Positions 52,657 to 60,677 of a stretch of 64,000 bases of DNA are shown here, piece by piece. The position numbers and the translations under genes were made by a program. Each line of letters starts with the position of its first letter. Position 1 is the first letter of the stretch. Source of the DNA: Planctomycetota bacterium (GTDB taxonomy: Bacteria > Planctomycetota > UBA1135 > JAKEFM01). The notes below the pieces were generated by a model. That model was not told where the DNA came from and made no database searches. It saw only the letters and a list, made by a program, of their open reading frames with translations. The stretch spans positions 5,504 through 69,503 of the forward strand of contig JAKEFM010000240.1 in NCBI GenBank assembly GCA_022616055.1, in the 5' to 3' direction.

Positions 52657-53688
52657 TTGGTCCGGATCCTCGGGATCGAGTCCTCCTGCGACGAGACCGC
52701 CGCCGCCGTCGTCGAGGACGGGACGCGGATCCTCTCCTCCGTCGTCGAGTCGCAGGTCGCCCTCCACGCCCCGTTCCACGGGGTGGTCCCGGAGGTGGCG
52801 AGCCGCTCCCACCTCGACGCGATCGTCCCGGTCCTCGACGAGGCGCTGCGGGGAGCGGGGATGAAGTCGGACGACGTCGACGCGATCGCGGTGACGACGA
52901 GGCCCGGGCTGATCGGGTCGCTCCTCGTCGGGCTCTCGGCGGGGAAGGCGCTCTCCTTCGTCCACGGCAAGCCGCTCCTCGCCGTCCACCACATCGAGGC
53001 GCACATCCACGCCTGCGCGATGGAGCATCCCGAGCTTGCCTACCCCTTCGCCTCCCTCGTCGTCTCCGGCGGCCACACCTCCCTCTACCGGTCGGTCTCG
53101 CCGACGGAGCACAGATTCCTCGGCGGGACGCAGGACGACGCCGCCGGGGAGGCGTTCGACAAGGTGGCGACGATCCTCGGCCTCTCCTACCCCGGAGGGC
53201 CCTCGATCGAGAAGGCCGCCCGAGGAGGCGATGCGAAGCGGGTGCCTCTCCCCCGCCCGCGCCTCCCCGACGCGCCCTACGAGTTCTCCTTCAGCGGTCT
53301 CAAGACCGCGGTGCTCTACAAGGTCCAGCCCCCCTCGCCCCGGGGAACGCCGGCCTCGGCCGGAGCCCGCGCCGGATCGCTCGACCCGCAGTTCGTCGCC
53401 GACCTCGCCGCCTCCTTCCAGGAGGCGGTGGTCGACGTCCTCGTCGAGAAGACCCTCGGCGCCGCCCGCGAGCTGGACGCGCTCGCGATCGCGGTCGGCG
53501 GCGGGGTGGCCTGCAACGGCCGGCTGCGCGAGCGGCTGATGGCGGCCGCCGCCGCGGAGGGACGCGCGGCCTTCTTCCCGTCGAAGGCGCTGTGCCTCGA
53601 CAACGCCGCGATGATCGCCGGCCTCGGCTACCACCTGCTGCGCGAGGGGAAGACGGCCCCCCTCGAGGTGGACGCGTTCCCGCGGTAG
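52657..53688 (+). CDS. tsaD: tRNA N6-adenosine threonylcarbamoyltransferase
   Basis: In-frame TTG 52657 within track ORF 50317..53688. Motifs ILGIESSCDETAAAV, HHIEAH (metal-binding His pair) and SGGHTSL. Confidence 0.9.
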   Translation: MVRILGIESSCDETAAAVVEDGTRILSSVVESQVALHAPFHGVVPEVASRSHLDAIVPVLDEALRGAGMKSDDVDAIAVTTRPGLIGSLLVGLSAGKALSFVHGKPLLAVHHIEAHIHACAMEHPELAYPFASLVVSGGHTSLYRSVSPTEHRFLGGTQDDAAGEAFDKVATILGLSYPGGPSIEKAARGGDAKRVPLPRPRLPDAPYEFSFSGLKTAVLYKVQPPSPRGTPASAGARAGSLDPQFVADLAASFQEAVVDVLVEKTLGAARELDALAIAVGGGVACNGRLRERLMAAAAAEGRAAFFPSKALCLDNAAMIAGLGYHLLREGKTAPLEVDAFPR

Positions 53689-53736
53689 CTCCATGTCGGG
53701 AGTTTCGCCGCCGCCGGAACTCCCCACCTCCAGGCG

Positions 53737-53742
53737 TAGAAT
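53737..53742 (+). promoter_or_regulatory. candidate -10 hexamer TAGAAT
   Basis: CGTAGAATCCGCG lies 33 nt upstream of ATG 53775. SD GGGAGG (53761-53766) sits between them. Confidence 0.3.
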
Positions 53743-53774
53743 CCGCGAGGGTTCCCTCCCGGGAGGGGCGATCC

Positions 53775-54881
53775 ATGGTCCGGCTCCGGAGAGTCCTGTC
53801 CGCGTTCACCCTCGCCGGGATCGTGCTCGCGGCGTTCCCGCGGGCGGAGGAGGGGATCCAGAAGGATCCGGCTCGCGGCAAGGCGAAGGGGGAGGCGGTC
53901 GTCTCCGGGAAGAGCGGGGAGGAACTCGATGCGGTGATCGGCGGCCTCGACGAGCCCGGCGGGTTCTCGGGCTGCGTCCTCGTCGCGAAGGGGGGGAAGG
54001 TGCTGCTCGAGAAGGGGTACGGCGTGCTCGACGCCTCGAAGGGGACGCCGATGCCGAAGGACGCCCTTTGGGACTGGGCGTCGGCCTGCAAGCAGTTCAC
54101 CGCGGCGGCGGTCCTGAAGCTCGAGATGCAGAAGAAGCTCTCCCTCGAGGATCCGCTCGGGAAGCACTTCCGGAGCGCGCCGGCGGACAAGAAGGGGATC
54201 ACGATCCGGCAGCTCCTGAACCACACCGCGGGGATCGGGTACCCGGACACGAAGTCGAAGGGATGGAATCCCTTCGACCGGGACGCCGCCGTCCAGTGCA
54301 TCCTCGAGGCGCCCCTCACCCACGCTCCGGGCAAGCGCTGGGCGTACAGCAACGCGGGATACTGGCTCGCCGCGGCCCTCGTCGAGAAGGCGTCCGGAAA
54401 GCCGTTCGAGAGCTACCTGCGCGAGCACCTCTTCGAGCCGGCCGGGATGAAGGGGGCCGGCTCCATCGGGGATGCCGAGATCGACCTCGCGCGCGTCCCC
54501 CTCGAGGACCGGGGCAAGTCGCCCCGGTTCGTCTACGGCCCGAGCCTGTCGTGGGGCTACCGCGGCTCGGGGGGGATGCTCGCCTCGACGCGCGAGATGC
54601 TCGCCTGGCACCAGGCCCTCCAGGGGGAGAAGGTCCTCTCGAAGGCCGCGAAGGAGAAGTACTACGACTCCGGCCTCCAGAACTACGCGCTCGGCTGGGT
54701 GGTGAAGGTGCCCGGCCGGCAGGTCCAGCACGGCGGCAACGTCGGCCACATCGCCACCTGGTACTTCCGGGACCTCGAGAACGACGTCGTCGTCGCGTTC
54801 GCCTGCAACCAGGAGCTCAAGACCGACCGCGAGACCCTCTGCCAGCGGCTCTGGACGATCGCGCGCAACGCCCGCGACTGA
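53775..54881 (+). CDS. serine hydrolase, beta-lactamase/transpeptidase-like family (class C-like fold)
   Basis: ATG 53775 with a signal peptide. SxxK (SACKQF), YxN (YSNAGY) and HGG (KTG-position) motifs. Confidence 0.85.
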   Translation: MVRLRRVLSAFTLAGIVLAAFPRAEEGIQKDPARGKAKGEAVVSGKSGEELDAVIGGLDEPGGFSGCVLVAKGGKVLLEKGYGVLDASKGTPMPKDALWDWASACKQFTAAAVLKLEMQKKLSLEDPLGKHFRSAPADKKGITIRQLLNHTAGIGYPDTKSKGWNPFDRDAAVQCILEAPLTHAPGKRWAYSNAGYWLAAALVEKASGKPFESYLREHLFEPAGMKGAGSIGDAEIDLARVPLEDRGKSPRFVYGPSLSWGYRGSGGMLASTREMLAWHQALQGEKVLSKAAKEKYYDSGLQNYALGWVVKVPGRQVQHGGNVGHIATWYFRDLENDVVVAFACNQELKTDRETLCQRLWTIARNARD

Positions 54882-54901
54882 CGCCCCCCGGGGCGATCCC
54901 C

Positions 54902-55753
54902 TCATCCCCGGATCGCGCAGGCCTCGAAGTTCACGCGGCGGATCCCCCGCCGATCGAGGGACTCGCGGATCCGCGGATCGAGGAGCGCGTCGAGCTCGCC
55001 GCTCCACCGGTATCCCCACGAGGCGAAGTCCTCGCGCGGAAGTCCCTCCCCGGCGGCGGGGTGGAGCCCGATCTCCGTCACCCCGTCCTCGAGTCCTTGG
55101 ATCCGGGCGAGGAGGCCGTCCCCGTCCACGCGGCCGGCGCCGAGGAATCCGACGAACCGATCGGGAAAGGAGAAGCCCGAGTCGAGGGCGAGCCGCGCCG
55201 CCCGCCTGGCGAAGGCGTTGAGGACTCCCCGCTGCGCTCGTCGCCCCCATCCCGCTTCGGGCCATCGCGCCGTCTCGAGGGGAATGCGCAGGCGGCGCAG
55301 CCCCGCCCGGCGCATCTCCTCGAGGACGATCCCGAAAAGCCCGGGCAGGACGTGGACATGCTGATGGGAGTCGAGGTGGGTGAGGGAGAGGCGGAGCTCG
55401 CGGGCCCTCCCGAGCTGGGCGCGCACCTCGCGGCGGACCTCCTCGGGACGGATCCGGCGCGAGAGCCAGCGCAGGGCGAAGGCGGCCGCGGAGGCGGGGA
55501 AACGGCCGTCCCGACCGACGAGCGTCGGGACGTCGGCGGCGCGGGAGACGGGTCTCTCCGCGACGAGGGTGAGGTGGAGGCCGACTCCGAGGGAGGGAAG
55601 GCTCCGGGCGCGCGCGGCCGCGTCCTCGGCGGCGGGGCCCGCGACCGAGAGGGAGGCGCTCGTCAGGCAGCCCTGCGCGTGGGCGAGGGCGATCCCCTCG
55701 TTGATCGCCGGGGCGAGGCCGAAGTCGTCCCCGCTGAGGATGACCGAGATCAC
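54902..55753 (-). CDS. ChbG/HpnK (YdjC-like) family carbohydrate deacetylase
   Basis: GTG 55753 overlaps the upstream stop (GTGA). N-terminal ILSGDDFGL and THLDSHQHVH motifs. Confidence 0.8.
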   Translation of the reverse strand: MISVILSGDDFGLAPAINEGIALAHAQGCLTSASLSVAGPAAEDAAARARSLPSLGVGLHLTLVAERPVSRAADVPTLVGRDGRFPASAAAFALRWLSRRIRPEEVRREVRAQLGRARELRLSLTHLDSHQHVHVLPGLFGIVLEEMRRAGLRRLRIPLETARWPEAGWGRRAQRGVLNAFARRAARLALDSGFSFPDRFVGFLGAGRVDGDGLLARIQGLEDGVTEIGLHPAAGEGLPREDFASWGYRWSGELDALLDPRIRESLDRRGIRRVNFEACAIRG

Positions 55754-56430
55754 GGGCGGGTCGCGGCGGCGGGGAGGGTCGCGACGAGGAGGAGGTGGGG
55801 GTGCGGGAAGCCGGCGTCGATGGGGTGGGAGGAGACCCGGAAGCCCAGGGCCCCGAGCTCCGCGGCGAGGGCGTCGGGATCGGGGGGGACGATCGTGCTC
55901 CCGATCGTCCAGCCGAACGCCCGGACGGAGAGGGTCTCCTGGAAGCGGTCGATCGCGGCCTTCCACCGGGGCCTTCGCGCCATCGTCTTGACGAGGAGGA
56001 TCCCTCCGGGGGCGAGCGCGTGCCGGCAGGTGCGGAGGAGGCGCTTCCACTCGGTTTCGGTGAGGAGGTAGAGGACGTCGACGAGGGAGATCGCCGCGAA
56101 GCGCGTCCCCGCGGCCGGCTCCTTCCCCACGGCGAAGGAGACGTTCCTGCGCTCGCCGACCGTCGCTCGCGCCGTCTCGATGCGGCGCGGATCGGGGTCG
56201 AGCCCCCTCACGGCCCGGCCGGGGGAGCGGAGGGCGAGCAGGTTCGCGAGGATCCCCCGCCCGCAGCCGAGGTCGAGCTGCTCGCCCGCCGGAGGAGCGA
56301 AGGCGGCGACCGCCTCGAACGGGCAGGAGCGCCACCGCAGCGAGACCTGGAGCCGGTCGGAGAGGGGCGATCCCGAGTAGAGGAGCGCGAGGTCCCGCGG
56401 GAGGCGGGACCTACGCCCGAGGACCGGCAC
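55750..56430 (-). CDS. class I SAM-dependent methyltransferase
   Basis: Motif I LDLGCGRGIL, later ISLVDVLYLL and PGGILLV. The track GTG start overlaps the GT2 gene by 20 nt, so the start is uncertain. Confidence 0.75.
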   Translation of the reverse strand: MPVLGRRSRLPRDLALLYSGSPLSDRLQVSLRWRSCPFEAVAAFAPPAGEQLDLGCGRGILANLLALRSPGRAVRGLDPDPRRIETARATVGERRNVSFAVGKEPAAGTRFAAISLVDVLYLLTETEWKRLLRTCRHALAPGGILLVKTMARRPRWKAAIDRFQETLSVRAFGWTIGSTIVPPDPDALAAELGALGFRVSSHPIDAGFPHPHLLLVATLPAAATRP

Positions 56431-57220
56431 CGTGGGCGCTCGCGCCCTCGGGAACGGTCGCCCCGTCGGGGCGAGCCTTCCCCGCCCGCCGCAGCTCGGG
56501 GGCGATCCGGAGCATCTCGCCGACCATCCGCCGGATCGTCCGGAAGCTCGAGAGCTTCGAGACGCCGCGGGTGCGCGGGAAGTAGTCGACCCCGATCTGC
56601 GCGATGCTCGCCCCGTGGCGCTGGCAGCGGATGACGAGCTCCGCGTCGATGAAGGAGCCCTCCGACTTCAGCGGGAACCGGTCGAGGAGGGAGCGCCGCA
56701 GCAGCTTGAAGGAGAAGTTCACGTCCCGGAGGCGCACGCCGAAGAGGATCCGGACGAGCCAGTTCCAGGCGAAGGAGTAGACGGAGCGGCGCAGACCCTC
56801 GGAGGTCCGGTCGTGGCGGTACGCGAAGACGGCGTCCGCCCCCGCGTACTCGACGGCCCGCAGCGCGCGGGCGACCTCCGCGAGGTCGAAGGGGAGGTCG
56901 ATGTCGGAGTAGAGGACGAACTCGTGGCGGGCGTTGGCGAAGCCGGTGCGGATCGTCCCGCCGAGGGTCCGGTTCGTCTCGTGGGAGAGGACCCGCACGC
57001 GGGGATCCTCCCGGGCGATCGACTCCGCAATCGCGCGGGTGCGGTCCCGGCTCGCGTCGTCGACGACGAGGACCTCGAGGTCGGAGACGAGCGGCGCGAT
57101 GTCGCGCAGGGCGAGACGCACGGCCCCCGCGACGTAGTCCTCCTCGTTGTAGGCGGGGAAGACGACGGAGAGGCTCGGGCGTCGGGGGATCTGGGGGCGG
57201 ATCCGGCGGCGGGGGCTCAC
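56411..57220 (-). CDS. family 2 glycosyltransferase (polyprenyl-phosphate sugar synthase-like)
   Basis: In-frame GTG 57220 (alternative GTG 57238). Motifs LSVVFPAYNEE, VVDDASRD and YSDIDLP (DxD). The upstream part of track ORF 56411..57505 is junk. Confidence 0.85.
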   Translation of the reverse strand: MSPRRRIRPQIPRRPSLSVVFPAYNEEDYVAGAVRLALRDIAPLVSDLEVLVVDDASRDRTRAIAESIAREDPRVRVLSHETNRTLGGTIRTGFANARHEFVLYSDIDLPFDLAEVARALRAVEYAGADAVFAYRHDRTSEGLRRSVYSFAWNWLVRILFGVRLRDVNFSFKLLRRSLLDRFPLKSEGSFIDAELVIRCQRHGASIAQIGVDYFPRTRGVSKLSSFRTIRRMVGEMLRIAPELRRAGKARPDGATVPEGASAHGAGPRA

Positions 57221-57322
57221 ACGGAGAGAGCGTAACACACGGACCGCGATCCCGCCCGCCGGCCCTCCTTTCCGCGCTCCCGGGCGGGGGAGCCGGGGCG
57301 ATGAGGCCCGGGGTCCGCGCCG

Positions 57323-57328
57323 TAGAAT
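57323..57328 (+). promoter_or_regulatory. candidate -10 hexamer TAGAAT followed by CCGCC
   Basis: CGTAGAATCCGCC ends 17 nt before the larB GTG (57345). This implies a very short leader with no visible SD. Confidence 0.3.
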
Positions 57329-57344
57329 CCGCCCGCCAGACCCC

Positions 57345-58127
57345 GTGACCCCCGACGCCCTCCGCACCCTCCTCGACCGCGTGAAGTCGGGGAAGTCCTC
57401 CGTGGCCGAGGCGATGAAGGAGCTGCGCGCCCTCCCCTTCCGCGACGTCGAGCACGCCCGCCTCGACACGCACCGCCACCTCCGGTGCGGTTTTCCGGAG
57501 GTCATCCTCGGCCAGGGGAAGACCCCGGAGGAGATCGCGGCGATCGCCGTCGAGCTCCTCGCCCAGGGGGACCGCCTCCTCGCGACCCGGGTCTCCCCCG
57601 AGGCCGCCCGCGCGGTGCGGGAGAAGGTCCCCTACGCCGTCTACCACGAGCGGGCGCGGGTGATCACGGCCCGCCGCGGCCCGGCGCCGGCCCCCCGCGG
57701 GCTCGTCGCCGTGGTCTGCGCGGGGACCTCCGACGTCCCCGTCGCCGAGGAGGCGCGGCTCACGGCGGAGATGATGGACGCCCGCGTCGAGTCGTTCCAC
57801 GACGTCGGGATCGCCGGCATCCACCGCCTCCTGGGCGAGGTGGCCCGTCTCCAGGAGGCGAACGCCCTCGTCGTCGTCGCGGGGATGGAGGGGGCCCTCG
57901 CCTCCGTCGTCGGCGGCCTCGTCTCCCGCCCCGTGATCGCCGTTCCCACCTCCGTCGGCTACGGCGCCTCCCTCGGGGGGATCGCCCCCCTCCTCACGAT
58001 GCTCAACTCCTGCGCGGCGGGCGTGTCGGTCGTGAACATCGACAACGGCTTCGGCGGCGGCTACCTCGCCGGCCTGATCAACTCCGTCGCGGTCGGCGCG
58101 GACGGCGCCCCCCGGAGGAAGTCGTGA
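57345..58127 (+). CDS. larB: nickel-pincer cofactor biosynthesis protein LarB (AIR-carboxylase-like)
   Basis: N-terminal DxxR region ([16 protein letters not shown]), PurE-like core [15 protein letters not shown] and [12 protein letters not shown]. Confidence 0.85.
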   Translation: MTPDALRTLLDRVKSGKSSVAEAMKELRALPFRDVEHARLDTHRHLRCGFPEVILGQGKTPEEIAAIAVELLAQGDRLLATRVSPEAARAVREKVPYAVYHERARVITARRGPAPAPRGLVAVVCAGTSDVPVAEEARLTAEMMDARVESFHDVGIAGIHRLLGEVARLQEANALVVVAGMEGALASVVGGLVSRPVIAVPTSVGYGASLGGIAPLLTMLNSCAAGVSVVNIDNGFGGGYLAGLINSVAVGADGAPRRKS

Positions 58128-59254
58128 CCCGCCCGACCGCCCGGCTCGTCCTCGAGGACGGGACGGTCCTCAAGGGCCGCTCGGTCGGCGCGCGGGGGGA
58201 GCGGACCGGCGAGCTCGTCTTCAACACGGCGATGACGGGCTACCAGGAGATCCTGACCGACCCCTCCTATCGCGGCCAGACGGTCGTGATGACCTACCCG
58301 CACATCGGGAACTACGGCGTCAACCTGGAGGACGTCGAATCGGCGAAGGCCCACGTCGAGGGCTTCGTCCTGCGGGACCTCTCCCCGGTCGCCTCGAACT
58401 TCCGCTCCCGCGCGACCCTGTCGGAGTACCTCGAGGCGGAGGGGGTCCCGGCGATCGACGGGATCGACACCCGGGCGCTCACGCGGCGGATCCGGCAGGG
58501 GGGGGCGATCCGCGGGATCCTCTCGACCGAGGACGACGATCCCCAGAGCCTCCTCGAGAAGGTCCGGGGCGCGCCGGGGACGGAGGGGATCGACCTCGTT
58601 AAGGGGGTCACCTGCGCCGAGCCCTACGAGTGGGCGGAGGGGTTCGTCGAGGTCGGCCGCCCCGAGGTGCCCGTCGTCCACGGCCCGCGCCTGCGCGTCG
58701 TCGCGATCGACTGCGGGATCAAGCGCGACATCCTCCGCGGCCTCGTCGAGACGGGCTTCGACGTGACGGTCGTCCCCGCCTCCACGCCGGCGACGGAGGT
58801 CCTCGCCCGGTCCCCCGCCGGCGTCTTCTTCTCGAACGGGCCGGGGGATCCGGCCCCGGTCGCCTACGTCGCGCGCGCGATGCGGGAGATGCTCGGCAAG
58901 GTCCCGATCTTCGGGATCTGCCTCGGCCACCAGATCTTCGGCCTCGCCCTCGGCGCGAAGACCTACAAGATGAAGTTCGGTCACCACGGCGCGAACCACC
59001 CGGTGAAGGACCTCGCGACGGGGAAGGTCGAGATCACCTCGCAGAACCACTCCTTCGCCGTCGATCTGAAGGGGCTCGAGAAGGAGGTCGAGGTGACCCA
59101 CCTCAACCTCAACGACAAGACGATCGAGGGGATGCGCCACCGGGAGTTCCCCGCGTTCTCCGTCCAGTACCACCCCGAGGCCTCCCCGGGGCCCCGCGAC
59201 GCGCTCTACCTCTTCACCCGCTTCCGCGAGCTGATCGAGCGCACGCACCGCTGA
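58124..59254 (+). CDS. carA: carbamoyl-phosphate synthase small (glutaminase) subunit
   Basis: GTG 58124 overlaps the larB stop (GTGA). Motifs [24 protein letters not shown] (Cys nucleophile) and [10 protein letters not shown]. Confidence 0.95.
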   Translation: MTRPTARLVLEDGTVLKGRSVGARGERTGELVFNTAMTGYQEILTDPSYRGQTVVMTYPHIGNYGVNLEDVESAKAHVEGFVLRDLSPVASNFRSRATLSEYLEAEGVPAIDGIDTRALTRRIRQGGAIRGILSTEDDDPQSLLEKVRGAPGTEGIDLVKGVTCAEPYEWAEGFVEVGRPEVPVVHGPRLRVVAIDCGIKRDILRGLVETGFDVTVVPASTPATEVLARSPAGVFFSNGPGDPAPVAYVARAMREMLGKVPIFGICLGHQIFGLALGAKTYKMKFGHHGANHPVKDLATGKVEITSQNHSFAVDLKGLEKEVEVTHLNLNDKTIEGMRHREFPAFSVQYHPEASPGPRDALYLFTRFRELIERTHR

Positions 59255-59274
59255 GGCGGCCCGCTCCGGCCCGC

Positions 59275-60180
59275 GTGAAGGAGTTTGTCGTCCCTCCCGC
59301 GCTCGACGGCGCGCGCCTCGACTTCGTCCTCCACGAGTGCGATCCCGACCTCTCGCGGCGCGTGGCGCGGCTCCTCGTCGAGTCGGGGGGGGTGCGGCGC
59401 GCCGGCGTCCGCGCCGGCGCCCGGGACCGCGTCCTCGCGGGCGAGACCGTCGCCTATTCCCCCGAGTGCGCTGAGTCGACCCTTGCCCTTCGCCTCGGCG
59501 TCGTCCACGAGGACGGCGACCTCCTCGTCCTCCACAAGCCCCCCGGCCTCGCGGTCCACCGCGGCCCGCTCGTGAAGGACTCGGTCGCCCAGCGCCTCGC
59601 GAAGGCCTTCCCCGGCGCGGGCCTCGCCCATCGCCTCGACCGGGGTGCCTCGGGCCTCCTCCTCGTCGGCAAGAACTCCGAGACGCTCCGCGCCCTCGCC
59701 GCCGCGGTCGAGGGAGGACGCGTCGAGCGCGTCTACCACGTCGTCGTTCTCGGCGCCCTCGACGGGGAGCGAACGATCGACCTCCCCCTCCGGATCCTCG
59801 ACGAGCCGATGGGGAACGCGCCGAAGGTGGTCCCCGACCCTTCCGGCCTCCCCGCGCGGACGCTCGTCCGTGCCCTCGAGCGGCGCCGGGACTTTACCCT
59901 CGTCGAGGCGCGCCTCGGGACCGGCCGCACCCACCAGATCCGCGCCCACCTCGCCGCGATCGGCCATCCGATCCTAGGGGACCCGCGCTACGGCGATCCG
60001 GCGGCGAACGAGAAGGCGCGCCAGACCCACGGCGTCGCCCGCCCGCTCCTCCACTCGCACCGACTCGCCTTCGACCACCCGAGCACCCGGGAGCGTCTCT
60101 CCTCCGAGGCGGCTCGCGAGCCCGACTTCGAGCGGGTCCTCCTCCCGGGGCGCCCGACGGCCGGGGCGACCTCGCCGTAG
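59275..60180 (+). CDS. RluA-family pseudouridine synthase
   Basis: In-frame GTG 59275. S4-like N-terminus. Catalytic HRLDRGASGLLL. GRTHQIRAHL motif. Confidence 0.85.
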   Translation: MKEFVVPPALDGARLDFVLHECDPDLSRRVARLLVESGGVRRAGVRAGARDRVLAGETVAYSPECAESTLALRLGVVHEDGDLLVLHKPPGLAVHRGPLVKDSVAQRLAKAFPGAGLAHRLDRGASGLLLVGKNSETLRALAAAVEGGRVERVYHVVVLGALDGERTIDLPLRILDEPMGNAPKVVPDPSGLPARTLVRALERRRDFTLVEARLGTGRTHQIRAHLAAIGHPILGDPRYGDPAANEKARQTHGVARPLLHSHRLAFDHPSTRERLSSEAAREPDFERVLLPGRPTAGATSP

Positions 60181-60370
60181 ACCACCGGAGCCTCCGGATT
60201 CCTGTCCCTCCGTCGGCGCCGCGAGGAAGGGGGGAGCGCGCGATTACCCCGCGAGATCTCTCTCCCATAGTCGATCCAGGAAGGTCTTCCACGGGAGCAC
60301 TTCGATGCCGGCGACCTTGCGGGGTCCCCATGCGAACGGCAAGTGGCCCCATCCGAGGGGATCCCGAGGA

Positions 60371-60438
60371 GGCGGTTGAGAATCCGCCTGCCCTGGGCGG
60401 CATATCCGGATAATCCGCCCTGCCAGGGCAGTCTTTCC
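60371..60438 (+). promoter_or_regulatory. structured element: alternating GGCGG/CCGCC segments, 21-nt direct repeat, terminator-like hairpin ending in TCTTTCC
   Basis: GGCGG at 60371-75, CCGCC at 60384-88, GGCGG at 60396-400, CCGCC at 60415-19. The long helix CTGCCCTGGGCGG / CCGC(CCTG)CCAGGGCAG is followed by TCTTTCC. Function and strand are not established. Confidence 0.3.
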
Positions 60439-60677
60439 GGGTCTCGGGCTCGACCCTGTCAGCCCGGGCGACCGCGGGCGACGTTCCCCGGCTCAAGTTT
60501 CCCAACCCGCCCTCCCTTCGAACACCCACGCACGCGAGCCCGGGTCCGATCAGGCCCTCCTTCCGGGACGTCCAACTGTCGGGGCGGCCTTGCCGTAGAC
60601 GATCGCGGCCCCACCGTCATCCCCGTCGGCATCCGCCGAACGGGGTAGATTGGGGCCGATCCGAGCGGAGAACTGGC

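Noticed and set aside
53775-54881. Beta-lactamase-family gene as an acquired resistance determinant
   Set aside because: The SxxK/YxN/HGG motifs only place it in the broad serine-hydrolase/esterase superfamily. There are no flanking mobile elements and no compositional break that I can substantiate by eye.
60181-60677. Known housekeeping ncRNA (RNase P, tmRNA, SRP/4.5S, 6S) in the large noncoding gap
   Set aside because: Hallmark strings are absent on both strands: GAGGAAAGUCCGGGC and ACAGAACCCGGCUUA for RNase P, a tRNA-like GGGG...CCACCA frame for tmRNA, and the SRP domain IV motif. The region is kept only as an unexplained structured element.
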